From the NCBI GenBank assembly GCA_934129745.1, contig CAKOWZ010000004.1, forward strand, positions 10,334-74,333: a DNA stretch of 64,000 nucleotides, given 5' to 3'. A model generated the notes under the pieces. The model was not told the DNA's origin and did no database searches. It worked only from the letters and a program-made list of their open reading frames with translations. Positions within the stretch are counted from its first letter, which is position 1; the number at the start of each line of letters is the position of its first letter. Position numbers and translations under genes: made by a program. The DNA comes from an uncultured Clostridia bacterium (GTDB taxonomy: Bacteria; Bacillota; Clostridia; TANB77; CAG-508). This document shows, one piece after another, positions 10,015 to 19,627 of the stretch.

Positions 10015-10207
10015 AATATACCTCCTTTAGGATTTGATAAAAAAATTATAACATATTAATTGTGAAAAGTAAATGAAATTTGTAATTGTAGTATAATTTT
10101 TTTGATCTGGGTTATATTTTTTGAAAATTATATTATTGGGAATTGTATTATATTTTTTGGGAATTTTTGAAGAATATTTTTCAGGAGTTTTTTTCAGAAA
10201 TATTTTA

Positions 10208-10282
10208 AAAACCTCTGGCATGATGTACTGTAACTCAAAAAACATTTGATTTTTTGAGTAGTACATAGTCAGAGGTTTTTTA
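10208..10282 (-). terminator. long imperfect hairpin terminator downstream of the 310-aa minus-strand gene
   Basis: The outer arms (aaaacctctg...) are complementary, and there is an inner perfect 9-bp stem (ctcaaaaaa / ttttttgag). It lies directly 3' of the stop at 10286, with T-rich sequence on the minus strand. Confidence 0.55.
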
Positions 10283-10285
10283 GAT

Positions 10286-11218
10286 TTAGAAATCAGGGTT
10301 TACAACAAGCAGTCCCATTTCTTTAGGAAGAATACGGACTGAGTTTTCATCAGGAGCCACATAGTTAAGAAGTGATCTTGTTATATGTGTGTAATATTCC
10401 TGAAGTGAGTACTTGTGGCCAGAGAGAATGAAGTTCCATTCCTCAAAAAGAACTACTTTCTGGTGTGTGTATGGATTCTTATACTGTTTCCAATGATAAG
10501 GAAAATGTCGACTCCTTACCTTAAGGACAAACTGCACACTGTCTTTGGTTTTTTGGATTGCAATAAGTGAACCGTGTAAAGTATGTTTTTCAATAAGTTC
10601 ACCCATTTTTTGGTCAAAAAACTTATCAAATTCAATCTGAGCTCTTCTGAATTGTTGATTTTTCCGACAAAGGGCGGTTTCTACTGATGAGATTCCAAGC
10701 TGAGTATTATGCTTGATATCTTTGATTTTTTGAATTTTGTCAGAATATTCAGATTTGGCAGCAGTTTTGCAGTTTGATTTTGTAAGAACACTGTCTAATA
10801 CAGTGTCTTTAGGAGTAACCATTTTCAAAAGTTCATTTGGAGTCATTTCAGCTGCTTTTTTGTCTTTAGATTTTTTGTCATTTTCTAAAGCATAAATCAT
10901 TAGATTTAGATCTTCATCAGCTGAAGCAACAGGTGAATCAACAGGTGAAACAACAGCTGAATCAACACGTGAATCTGTACTTTGTACATCAGTTGTTTCA
11001 TTTGAAAGTTCAGTTTCAGAAATATCAGAATTATTTACTGACTTATTAGCAGAACCATCAACTGAAATTTTGGATGTTGAATCATCAGAAATTGGATTTT
11101 CGATAATTGCTACATCAATGCTGTCTGATGTCCCTTTTGCAGAGGTTACAGGTGCTTTTACCTGAGTTTCATCTGCAGATGTTAAGTGGTTGTTGTTGTT
11201 TGTGACATTCGTATTCAT
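10286..11218 (-). CDS. hypothetical protein (S/D/T-rich disordered N-half, structured C-half), GC-richer, likely horizontally acquired
   Basis: 310-aa ORF. Its composition and codon usage differ from native genes, including an in-frame CGG Arg codon (tgt cgg aaa). No family recognised. Confidence 0.6.
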   Translation of the reverse strand: MNTNVTNNNNHLTSADETQVKAPVTSAKGTSDSIDVAIIENPISDDSTSKISVDGSANKSVNNSDISETELSNETTDVQSTDSRVDSAVVSPVDSPVASADEDLNLMIYALENDKKSKDKKAAEMTPNELLKMVTPKDTVLDSVLTKSNCKTAAKSEYSDKIQKIKDIKHNTQLGISSVETALCRKNQQFRRAQIEFDKFFDQKMGELIEKHTLHGSLIAIQKTKDSVQFVLKVRSRHFPYHWKQYKNPYTHQKVVLFEEWNFILSGHKYSLQEYYTHITRSLLNYVAPDENSVRILPKEMGLLVVNPDF

Positions 11219-11534
11219 AATCGAATCCTCCTGGCTTTAAGCCTTAATTTTAATAATGAAGGTAAGTCATTTACTTACAATCTAAAACTAATTTTACCAT
11301 AAATTTACATAAAACACAATATTTATAATAAAAAAAATATAATTTTGGCTCAAAAATAAGCTAAAAGTTATTTTAAAAATAGTTCAGGATAAGTAATAAA
11401 AATAATAACAAAAAAATGTAGAAATATATTTTTTTTTAATATATAATAAATCTATAAAAATAAAATAAATAATATGTTTATAAAATTCATTCTAAATAAA
11501 CCTTATAAACATTATTATACGAGGGGGAAAATTT

Positions 11535-12311
11535 ATGAATACATTTATAGGATTATTAATCCCATTTTTAGGTACAACATTAGGATCTGCAATGGTATTT
11601 TTTATGAAAAATAAAATCAAACCAAAAGTTGAAAAAGCATTATTAGGATTTGCTTCAGGAGTAATGATTGCAGCATCTGTATGGTCATTATTAATACCAT
11701 CATTAGAAATGGCAGAACAACAAAATATTATAAAATGGGTACCAGCAACAATTGGATTTTTATTAGGAATACTGTTTTTATTAATATTAGACAGTATTAT
11801 TCCACATTTACATTTAAATAGTGATACTCCAGAAGGAGCGCAATCAAAATTAAAGAAAACAACAATGTTAGTACTTGCAGTTACATTACATAATATACCA
11901 GAAGGAATGGCAGTAGGTGTAGCTTTTGCAGGAGTATTAGTTGGAAATGCAGGATTAACATTAGCAGGAGCTTTTGCATTAGCAATAGGAATTGCAATTC
12001 AAAATTTTCCAGAAGGGGCAATTATTTCAATGCCTTTAAAATCAGAAGGTGTTTCAAAAACTAAAGCATTTATTTATGGAACTTTATCTGGAATTGTTGA
12101 ACCAATTGGGGCTGTTATAACAATTTTATTAACAAAATTAGTTGTACCAATATTACCATATTTATTATCATTTGCAGCAGGAGCAATGATATATGTTGTA
12201 GTTGAAGAATTAATTCCAGAATCACAATCTGGTGAACATTCAAATATAGGTACATTAGGAGTTGCTGTTGGTTTTGTTATAATGATGATTTTAGATATAG
12301 CATTAGGATAA
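11535..12311 (+). CDS. zupT: ZIP family metal (zinc) transporter
   Basis: Eight-TM-like profile with the signatures HNIPEGMAVG and QNFPEG. RBS gagggg upstream. Confidence 0.85.
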   Translation: MNTFIGLLIPFLGTTLGSAMVFFMKNKIKPKVEKALLGFASGVMIAASVWSLLIPSLEMAEQQNIIKWVPATIGFLLGILFLLILDSIIPHLHLNSDTPEGAQSKLKKTTMLVLAVTLHNIPEGMAVGVAFAGVLVGNAGLTLAGAFALAIGIAIQNFPEGAIISMPLKSEGVSKTKAFIYGTLSGIVEPIGAVITILLTKLVVPILPYLLSFAAGAMIYVVVEELIPESQSGEHSNIGTLGVAVGFVIMMILDIALG

Positions 12312-12346
12312 TAAAAAATTAGGCAATGTGTAAAAAGGAGGTCAAA

Positions 12347-12637
12347 ATGGCACTTATAAATCAAATAGGAGCAAAAAATGTTGTAATATATTTTGTAATT
12401 ATAAACATATTAGCTTTTCTTATAATGGGAATAGATAAATCAAAAGCTAAAAAAGGTAAATGGAGAATTCCTGAATCAACACTAATGTCATCTGTATTAC
12501 TTGGTGGAGGAATTGGTGGAATAGCTGGTATGTATGTGTTTCACCATAAAACAAGAAAACATAAATTTTTTATCGGATATCCTGTAATATTGATAATTGA
12601 GGTTATTGCAATTATATATTTGATATTAAATACATAG
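12347..12637 (+). CDS. DUF1294 family membrane protein
   Basis: DKxxAKKGKWRIPE and GGxxGGxxGMxxFHHKTxK are typical of DUF1294. The ATG at 12347 is preceded by aaggagg. Confidence 0.8.
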   Translation: MALINQIGAKNVVIYFVIINILAFLIMGIDKSKAKKGKWRIPESTLMSSVLLGGGIGGIAGMYVFHHKTRKHKFFIGYPVILIIEVIAIIYLILNT

Positions 12638-13044
12638 TTTATATTTTTTATATAATAAAAAAATTTTTAAAAACAATGATTTCAAAAAATAATATTTTGA
12701 AAAAAACTATTGCATATTTTATAAAATTAATATAAAATTGTTTTCGGGTGTAGATTATGAAAAAATTGAATTACAAAAAATGTTTTGAAAGCAAAGTAAA
12801 TATTGGTATAAAAAAAGCATCTCAGATGTTTTTATTTGTGATTACAATTATTCCTATTTTAAATTATATATTTATTTTTAGACACTAATTTATTTTAGTG
12901 TCTTTTTTGTACTTTTTGAGAGAAAAAATATGTGACAAAATAAAACAAAATTGTCCAGTTCTCAAATGTTTTAACTAAAAATACACCAACAAATTTAACA
13001 AAAGCTATAAAAAAACAAATGAAATAGCTTAGAAGGAGGATGTT

Positions 13045-15195
13045 ATGAATCAAAAAACAATGGTAGTGGATGTGAATGAAAAACCGCCAATCGCAAAATG
13101 GATTATTTTAGCTTTTCAGCATGTTTTTGCAATGTTTGGAGCTACAGTATTAGTACCATTATTAGTAAATGCATCAGCAGGAGTAGAAGTATTATCAACA
13201 GGAGTTGCATTAGTATCATCAGGGATAGGAACATTAATTTATATTTTATGTACAAAAGGAAAATCACCAGTATATTTAGGAAGTTCTTTTGCTTTTATAT
13301 CACCTTTGATTACAGCATATGTTTTAGGTGGAATTAGTGGAGCTATGACAGGTGTAATGATAGTTGGATTAGTATATATAATTGTTGCTACAATAATTCA
13401 TTTTACAGGAAAAAAATGGATTAATAAATTATTACCACCAGTTGTAATTGGTCCAATGATAATGGTTATTGGTTTAAGTTTAGCTTCTACAGCAGTTTCA
13501 AATATAGGATTATCTTCAGAAACTGTTGACTGGAAAATAGTTGGAGTAGCTGCATTTACATTTTTAGTAACAGCAATTTGCGCAGTTAGAGGTAAAGGAT
13601 TTTTAAAAGTAATTCCATTTTTAGTTGGAATTGCATCAGGATATATTTTATCAATATGTTTAGGAATGGTTGATTTTACAACAGTTCAAAATGCACCATT
13701 TTTTGGATTACCAAAATTCTCAATTCCATTTTTACACTATAATCCAAATTTTTTAATAGGAATTACAATGGCTCCAATTGCTTTAGTTACAATGGCTGAG
13801 CATATTGGTGACCATAAAGCTTTAAGTTCAATTATAGGAAAAGATTTAATTGAAGATCCTGGTTTAGATAAAACACTTATGGGAGATGGACTTGCAACAT
13901 TTGTTGCTGGTGCTTTAGGAGGACCTGCTAATACCACATATGGTGAAAATACTGCTGTTGTAGGAATGAGTAAAGTTGCATCAGTTTGGGTTATTGGATT
14001 AGCAGCAATTATTGGAATTATTTTAGGATTTTTAGGAAAATTTACAGCAATTATTTCATCAATTCCTTGGGCTGTTTTAGGTGGTGTAACTGTATTATTA
14101 TATGGTTTTATTTCAGTAAATGGATTAAAAGTTTTAATAGAAAATCAAATAGATTTTGGTAAAACAAAAAATGTTGTTGTTGCATCTGCTATGCTTGTTT
14201 TAGGATTAGGTGGTGCTGCAATTTCATTTGTTAGTGGTAATTTCACAATTTCAGTTTCTGGAATGAGTTTAGCTGCTATTGTTGGAATTTTACTAAATTT
14301 GTTATTACCTAATGATAAAGATGATGATAAAAATGATTTTGACAAAAAAGATATTGATAATAATGATTTTGGAGAAGATATTGATGTTGAAATTATTGTT
14401 GAAAATAATCTAGATAATGATAATAGTGATGATTGTGATATTAATGAAAATAAAAATGATAATCAATTAAAAAATTATATAAATGAAAATGAAAAAACAA
14501 ATGATAAAATTGGAAAAATAGTAAATACAGAAAAATCAAATAGTGAAAAGAAAAGTGAGGTAAATAAAATGGAAGTAATAGAATTAAATCATCCATTAGT
14601 TGAAAATAAATTAGCAATTTTAAGAGATAAAAACACAGGAACAAAAGAATTTAGAGAAATAGTGTCAGAATTGGCAACAATGTTATGTTATGAAGCAATG
14701 AAAAATGCTAAAACCTATGAAGAAGAAATTGAAACACCAATCCAAAAAACTATTGTTAATAAAATTGATGAAAAACAATATGTATTTTTACCAATATTAA
14801 GAGCAGGAACTGGAATGTTAGATGGAATTATAAATATAATGCCAAATGCAAAAATTGGACATATTGGAATGTATAGAGATGAAGAAACTTTTAAACCACA
14901 TATGTATTTTTTCAAAGTTCCTAAAAATATTGAAGAAAAAGAAGTTATTGTTTTAGATCCAATGCTTGCAACAGGTGGTTCTATAAATGATACTATTGAA
15001 CAATTAAAAGAAAAAGGTGTTAAAAAAATCAAAGTTTTATGTATTATTGCTGCACCTGAAGGAATTAAAGCTGTTAATGAAAAAAATCCTGATGTTCAAA
15101 TTTATTGCACTAAAATTGATGAAGGATTAAATGATAAAGCTTATATTGTGCCTGGTTTAGGAGATGCAGGTGATAGAATTTTTGGAACTAAATAA
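13045..15195 (+). CDS. pyrP/upp: uracil permease (NCS2 / UraA-PyrP type) fused in frame to uracil phosphoribosyltransferase
   Basis: Residues 1 to about 430 are a 12-14 TM NCS2 permease. Next comes a D/N/K-rich low-complexity linker of about 75 aa. Then a complete Upp follows (MEVIELNHPLVENKL...LDPMLATGGS...PGLGDAGDRIFGTK). An internal SD-like gtgagg and an in-frame ATG at 14569 precede the Upp part. Confidence 0.9.
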   Translation: MNQKTMVVDVNEKPPIAKWIILAFQHVFAMFGATVLVPLLVNASAGVEVLSTGVALVSSGIGTLIYILCTKGKSPVYLGSSFAFISPLITAYVLGGISGAMTGVMIVGLVYIIVATIIHFTGKKWINKLLPPVVIGPMIMVIGLSLASTAVSNIGLSSETVDWKIVGVAAFTFLVTAICAVRGKGFLKVIPFLVGIASGYILSICLGMVDFTTVQNAPFFGLPKFSIPFLHYNPNFLIGITMAPIALVTMAEHIGDHKALSSIIGKDLIEDPGLDKTLMGDGLATFVAGALGGPANTTYGENTAVVGMSKVASVWVIGLAAIIGIILGFLGKFTAIISSIPWAVLGGVTVLLYGFISVNGLKVLIENQIDFGKTKNVVVASAMLVLGLGGAAISFVSGNFTISVSGMSLAAIVGILLNLLLPNDKDDDKNDFDKKDIDNNDFGEDIDVEIIVENNLDNDNSDDCDINENKNDNQLKNYINENEKTNDKIGKIVNTEKSNSEKKSEVNKMEVIELNHPLVENKLAILRDKNTGTKEFREIVSELATMLCYEAMKNAKTYEEEIETPIQKTIVNKIDEKQYVFLPILRAGTGMLDGIINIMPNAKIGHIGMYRDEETFKPHMYFFKVPKNIEEKEVIVLDPMLATGGSINDTIEQLKEKGVKKIKVLCIIAAPEGIKAVNEKNPDVQIYCTKIDEGLNDKAYIVPGLGDAGDRIFGTK

Positions 15196-15281
15196 TTTTG
15201 TATATTTTATAATTAATAGATATATAAGTATTTCTAAGATTTAACAAGATTTTTTGAAATTAATTTTAATCAAAAATTCAA

Positions 15282-15310
15282 TTGACAAAAAACAAAAATG
15301 ATGTTATTAT
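15282..15310 (+). promoter_or_regulatory. sigma-A type promoter of the argS leader
   Basis: TTGACA (15282-15287), 17-bp spacer, TATTAT (15305-15310). Confidence 0.5.
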
Positions 15311-15316
15311 AATATA

Positions 15317-15600
15317 CATAATATGAAAACCGATGATATAAGAGAGTAGATTTATTTAAAACTTCAGCGAGTTAGGAATGGTGTGAGCCTAATAGTAGAG
15401 AATATTTTGAAAAGAACTTATTAGGGATTGTCAGAAATTGAATTATATAATAATAAAGTATGACAGTACGGGAAACTCACCGTTATTGAGAAATGAGATG
15501 TTTTTATAAATATAAATTATAAAAATAACTAAAGTGGTACAGTGTTTAATAGCGCCTTTAGACAATAGAATGTAAATTCAATTGTTTAAAGGTGTTTTTG
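15317..15600 (+). promoter_or_regulatory. T-box leader (tRNA-sensing riboswitch) controlling argS
   Basis: Stem I elements (AGAGAG box; cagcgag...ggtgtgagcc distal motifs). A candidate AGA-A specifier sits in gtagagaat. The T-box sequence is aaagtggtacagtg, and a terminator (cgcctttagacaat / attgtttaaaggtg + TTTTT) lies just before argS. Confidence 0.8.
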
Positions 15601-15628
15601 ATTTATTAAAAAAGAAAGGATGGTAATT

Positions 15629-17368
15629 ATGTTAGATTTCAAAAAAGAAATTGCAAATGCAATATCACAAACAACAAATTTAAATGAACAAGAACTATAT
15701 TCATATATAGAAGTTCCAAAAGATAATGCAAATGGAGATTATGCTTTCCCATGTTTTAAATTAGCAAAAGAACTAAGAAAATCACCAATGGCAATAGCTG
15801 AAGATATTAAAACAAATATAGTTTTAGATGAAAATATAATAGAAAAAATTAATGTTGTTTCAGGATATTTAAATTTTTTTGTAAATAAAAAATGTATAGC
15901 AAAAACAGTTATCAAAGAATTACAAAAAAACAGTGAATATGGTAAATCTGAATTTGGAAAAGAAAAAAATATTGTAATAGATTATTCAGCACCAAATATA
16001 GCAAAACCTTTTCATATTGGGCATTTACGTTCAACAGTAATTGGAGGAGCTTTATATAAAATTTACAAATATTTAGGATATAATACTACAAGTATAAACC
16101 ATTTAGGTGATTATGGAACTCAATTTGGTAAAATGATTGAAGGATACACAATGTGGAAAAATGAATATGATTTAGAAAAAGATCCTATTAATCAAATGAT
16201 GGATATTTATATCAGAATCAATAATTTATGTAAAGAAGATGAAAATGTTTTAGAAAGATGTAGAAACAATTTTAAAAAATTAGAAGATGGTGACCCATAT
16301 TGTGTTGAATTATGGGAAAAATTCAAATCATTAAGTTTAAAAGAATTTAAAAAAGTTTATGATTTACTAGATTCACATTTTGATTCATGGAATGGTGAGG
16401 CTTTTTATTCTGATAAAATGGGTGAAGTTATTGATATTCTCGAAAAATCAGGAAAAGTTGAAAATTCTCAGGGAGCTGAAATTATCAATTTAGAAGATAA
16501 AGGAATAAATACACCTATTATAATAAAAAAATCCAATGGTTCAACAACATATGCAACACGTGATTTAGCAGCAATTTTATATAGAGCAAGAACTTATGAT
16601 TTTGATAAAGCTTTATATGTTACATCATATGAACAAGTTCTTCATTTTAAACAAGTTTTTGAAACAGCAAAATTATTGGGATTAGATGAAAAATATACAA
16701 ATGGGTTAGAACATGTATCATTTGGAATGGTTCTTTTACCAACAGGAAAAATGTCAACAAGAGAAGGAACTATTGTTAAATTAGAGGATTTATTAAATGA
16801 GTCAATAGAAAGAGCTAAAAAAATTATTGAAGAAAAAAATCCAGAATTAGAAAATAAAGATGAAATAGCTAAAAAAGTTGGAATTGGAGCAGTTATTTTT
16901 AATGATTTATCAAATAATCGTATAAAAGATGAAGTATTTGATTGGGATTTAATTTTAAATTTCCAAGGAGAAACAGGACCATATATTCAATATACATATG
17001 TACGTACAAAAAGTATTATAGAAAAAGCTGGATATGATATTGAAAACATTGAAAATAGTGAATTTATGGGTAATGTTATTGAAAACTCAATACAATATTT
17101 AACAGATTCTGATTCACAAAATATTTTAAAATTAATTTACAATTTTGAAGATATTTTAATACAAGTAACAGAAAAAAATGAACCATCAATTTTATCAAGA
17201 TATTTAATTGATGTTGCAAAAGCATATAGTACATTTTATAATTCAAATAAAGTAATTGTTGATGATGAAAATGTAAAAAATGCCCGTATTTTCTTAACAT
17301 ATGCAACTGGTAAAGTTTTGAAAACAGGAGCAAATTTACTTGGAATTAAAATGCCTGATAAAATGTAG
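15629..17368 (+). CDS. argS: arginyl-tRNA synthetase
   Basis: Class I motifs (PNIAKPFHIGHLRS as HIGH; GKMSTREG as the KMSK-like motif) and the C-terminal DALR anticodon-binding region. The ORF opens at 15620; the ATG at 15629 has better RBS spacing. Confidence 0.95.
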   Translation: MLDFKKEIANAISQTTNLNEQELYSYIEVPKDNANGDYAFPCFKLAKELRKSPMAIAEDIKTNIVLDENIIEKINVVSGYLNFFVNKKCIAKTVIKELQKNSEYGKSEFGKEKNIVIDYSAPNIAKPFHIGHLRSTVIGGALYKIYKYLGYNTTSINHLGDYGTQFGKMIEGYTMWKNEYDLEKDPINQMMDIYIRINNLCKEDENVLERCRNNFKKLEDGDPYCVELWEKFKSLSLKEFKKVYDLLDSHFDSWNGEAFYSDKMGEVIDILEKSGKVENSQGAEIINLEDKGINTPIIIKKSNGSTTYATRDLAAILYRARTYDFDKALYVTSYEQVLHFKQVFETAKLLGLDEKYTNGLEHVSFGMVLLPTGKMSTREGTIVKLEDLLNESIERAKKIIEEKNPELENKDEIAKKVGIGAVIFNDLSNNRIKDEVFDWDLILNFQGETGPYIQYTYVRTKSIIEKAGYDIENIENSEFMGNVIENSIQYLTDSDSQNILKLIYNFEDILIQVTEKNEPSILSRYLIDVAKAYSTFYNSNKVIVDDENVKNARIFLTYATGKVLKTGANLLGIKMPDKM

Positions 17369-17567
17369 GTAATCTTATTTTTAGTTTTTAATATGCAAAT
17401 TTAATTATTAATATAAAAGTACTAAATTAAATTTGGGGTGAATACACATTAAATGAAAACAGTACAAGCAATATTATTGTATGTTAAATTTATATCTAAA
17501 ATAAATAGTTAGATATATTATTTTGATACAGTAATAAAAAAGTATTGTTAAATGAAAAGGTGTAGGA

Positions 17568-18225
17568 GTGCATATGAAAACAAAAGTAAGATATAATTCA
17601 AAATATTTAAATGAATTGAAAAAAATATTGATACAACATATATCAATTAATGTGAAAGATTACTTAATATTATCAATAATTTTTGTGATAGGAGTAATGA
17701 TTGGTGTTGTTGTTATTAATAATTCAAATGAACAAAGTAAAAATGAATTAAATGGTTATATCAACAGTTTTGTTGATACAATAAAAAATGAAAATTATGA
17801 AATTGACAAAGTAAAGTTAACAAAAATTTCTGTTATCCAGAATTTGAAAATAGTAGGATTGATTTGGTTAGCAGGCTCAACAATAATTGGAATTCCATTA
17901 ATATATGTAATAACATCATATAAAGGCTTTTGTGTAGGATATACAATATCAGCGATTATTTCAACACTTGGACTAGGAAAACGGAATTGTGTTTTCATTA
18001 GCATCATTGTTTTTACAAAATATTATTGTTATTCCAATTGTATTGATGCTTAGTGTTAGTGCATTAAAATTGTATAGAACATTGGTTAGAATTGATAAAA
18101 ATGCAAGTGTAAAAGGTGAAATTATTAGACATACTGTATTATGTTTAATTCTTACAGTACCACTAATTGTAGCTGCTTTTATTGAAGCATATATATCTAG
18201 TGGATTAATGTGTTTGTATAAATAA
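17568..18225 (+). pseudogene. spoIIM: stage II sporulation protein M, interrupted by a +1 frame break at in-frame CGG 17982-17984
   Basis: ORFs 17568-18053 and 17989-18225 together give a full SpoIIM-like 5-TM protein. Skipping C17982 reads ...GLGK-GIVFSLASLFLQNIIVIP... without gap. Confidence 0.8.
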
Positions 18226-18379
18226 TGTTATGAGTGAATAAAATACTATAAAAAAATATTTAAAAAAACAATAAAAATATTCAAAAATACTCTTTACTTT
18301 TTGTCGAAAATTTGATATAACATACATAGTTTATGTAAATTGTAAAAATAAAATATTAATATAAGGGAGCTAAAGGGAA

Positions 18380-19261
18380 ATGAATGAACAAATAAAACTA
18401 TTTTTGAAGTTTCTTCAAAATGACAAGAAATTATCAGATAATACACTTCAATCATATAAAAGAGATATAACTCAATTTGAAAAATATGTTGAAGAAAATC
18501 AAGTAGATTATACAAAAGTAGATGAAAAAGAAATAAAAGAATATTTAGAATACCTACAAGAAATCGGAAAAAAATCATCAACAGTTTCAAGAAATTTAGC
18601 ATCAATCAGGTCTTTCTATCAATATTTAGTTAGAAATAAAAAGGTTTTAGTAGATCCAACAAATAATGTGCAAGCACCTAAAATTGAAAAAAGAGTACCA
18701 AGTATATTAACAGCAAGTGAAGTAGAATTACTTTTAGAACAACCACAAAATGTTGATTTAAAAGGAATTAGAGATAAGGCTATGTTAGAATTTGCATATG
18801 CAACAGGAATGAGAGTTACAGAAATTATATCTTTAAATTTAGAAGATGTAAATTTTGAAGAAGCTTATGTAAGTTGTAAAACAGGTACAAAACAAAGAAA
18901 TATTCCTTTAGGAACATTATCTTTAAAAGCTTTAAAAACTTATGTAGAAGATGCTCGTCCATATATTATTAAAGATGATGGTGTTAAAGCATTATTTGTA
19001 AATGTAAATGGAAAAAGATTAACAAGACAAGGATTTTGGAAAATAGTTAAATATTATAAAGAACAAGCTCATATAACAAAAGATATTACACCACATGTTC
19101 TAAGACATTCTTTTGCAACACATTTATTACAAAATGGTGCAGATTTAAAAGCAATTCAAACAATGCTTGGACATTCAGATATTTCTTCAACTCAAGTATA
19201 TATGCAATTTCAAGATGAAGGATTGAAAAATATTTATAAAAATACACATCCTAGAGCTTAA
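18380..19261 (+). CDS. xerD: tyrosine recombinase XerD
   Basis: N-terminal SAM-like domain plus a catalytic domain with R...HxLRHSFATHLL...GHSDISSTQVY. Linkage with spoIIM is as in Bacillus. Confidence 0.9.
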   Translation: MNEQIKLFLKFLQNDKKLSDNTLQSYKRDITQFEKYVEENQVDYTKVDEKEIKEYLEYLQEIGKKSSTVSRNLASIRSFYQYLVRNKKVLVDPTNNVQAPKIEKRVPSILTASEVELLLEQPQNVDLKGIRDKAMLEFAYATGMRVTEIISLNLEDVNFEEAYVSCKTGTKQRNIPLGTLSLKALKTYVEDARPYIIKDDGVKALFVNVNGKRLTRQGFWKIVKYYKEQAHITKDITPHVLRHSFATHLLQNGADLKAIQTMLGHSDISSTQVYMQFQDEGLKNIYKNTHPRA

Positions 19262-19299
19262 TTTTTATTAGATTTTTAATTTTAAATTTTAAGATAAAT

Positions 19300-19468
19300 T
19301 TTGAAGGGGAGTAGCTTAGAAACTACTAATCAACAGGTCGGAGATTCTGGTTAGTAACCGTGTTTATATTTTTTATATAATAGGTAAGCAAGACTTTTAA
19401 AAATATCACGAAATTTGGCACAATAAGTGCTGAATTTGTGGTGTTTTTAAAAGTCTTTTTTTTGAACA
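19300..19468 (+). promoter_or_regulatory. yybP-ykoY (Mn2+) riboswitch with terminator expression platform
   Basis: The conserved halves are GGGGAGUAGC (19305-19314) and GUAAGCAAGACUUUU (about 19384-19398). The 3' half overlaps a terminator (aagacttttaaaaa ... tttttaaaagtctt + T8, 19389-19468). It lies 160 nt upstream of a P-type ATPase. Confidence 0.8.
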
Positions 19469-19627
19469 ATTTTTTTAACAAATCTCCCCAAAAGCCCTAA
19501 TATATTAAAAAAATGCTAAAAAAAGTTTGACTATATAAAAATAAAATGATAAATTAAGGAGGTAAAAAATGTAGAATTAAAATCAAGTATTAAATATAGT
19601 AAAACAAAATAAAAGGAGGAAATTTAT

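Noticed and set aside
10027-10266. 79-aa minus-strand ORF between the two GC-rich genes.
   Set aside because: It spans an AT-rich promoter/terminator region including the long hairpin, has no RBS and gives a low-complexity translation. It was treated as non-coding.
12757-12888. 43-codon ORF ending inside a terminator hairpin (12880-12908) upstream of the permease-upp gene, considered as a pyrimidine-responsive leader peptide or PyrR-type attenuator.
   Set aside because: The RBS is weak. I could not find a PyrR binding loop motif or an obvious antiterminator alternative. It could equally be a small hydrophobic protein gene with its own terminator.
18380-19261. XerD as the invertase acting on the IR-flanked promoter cassettes.
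   Set aside because: It is a canonical housekeeping XerD in the conserved spoIIM-xerD context, 27 kb away. The cassette arms do not resemble dif-type sites. No claim can be made from this window, and any dedicated invertase must lie elsewhere.
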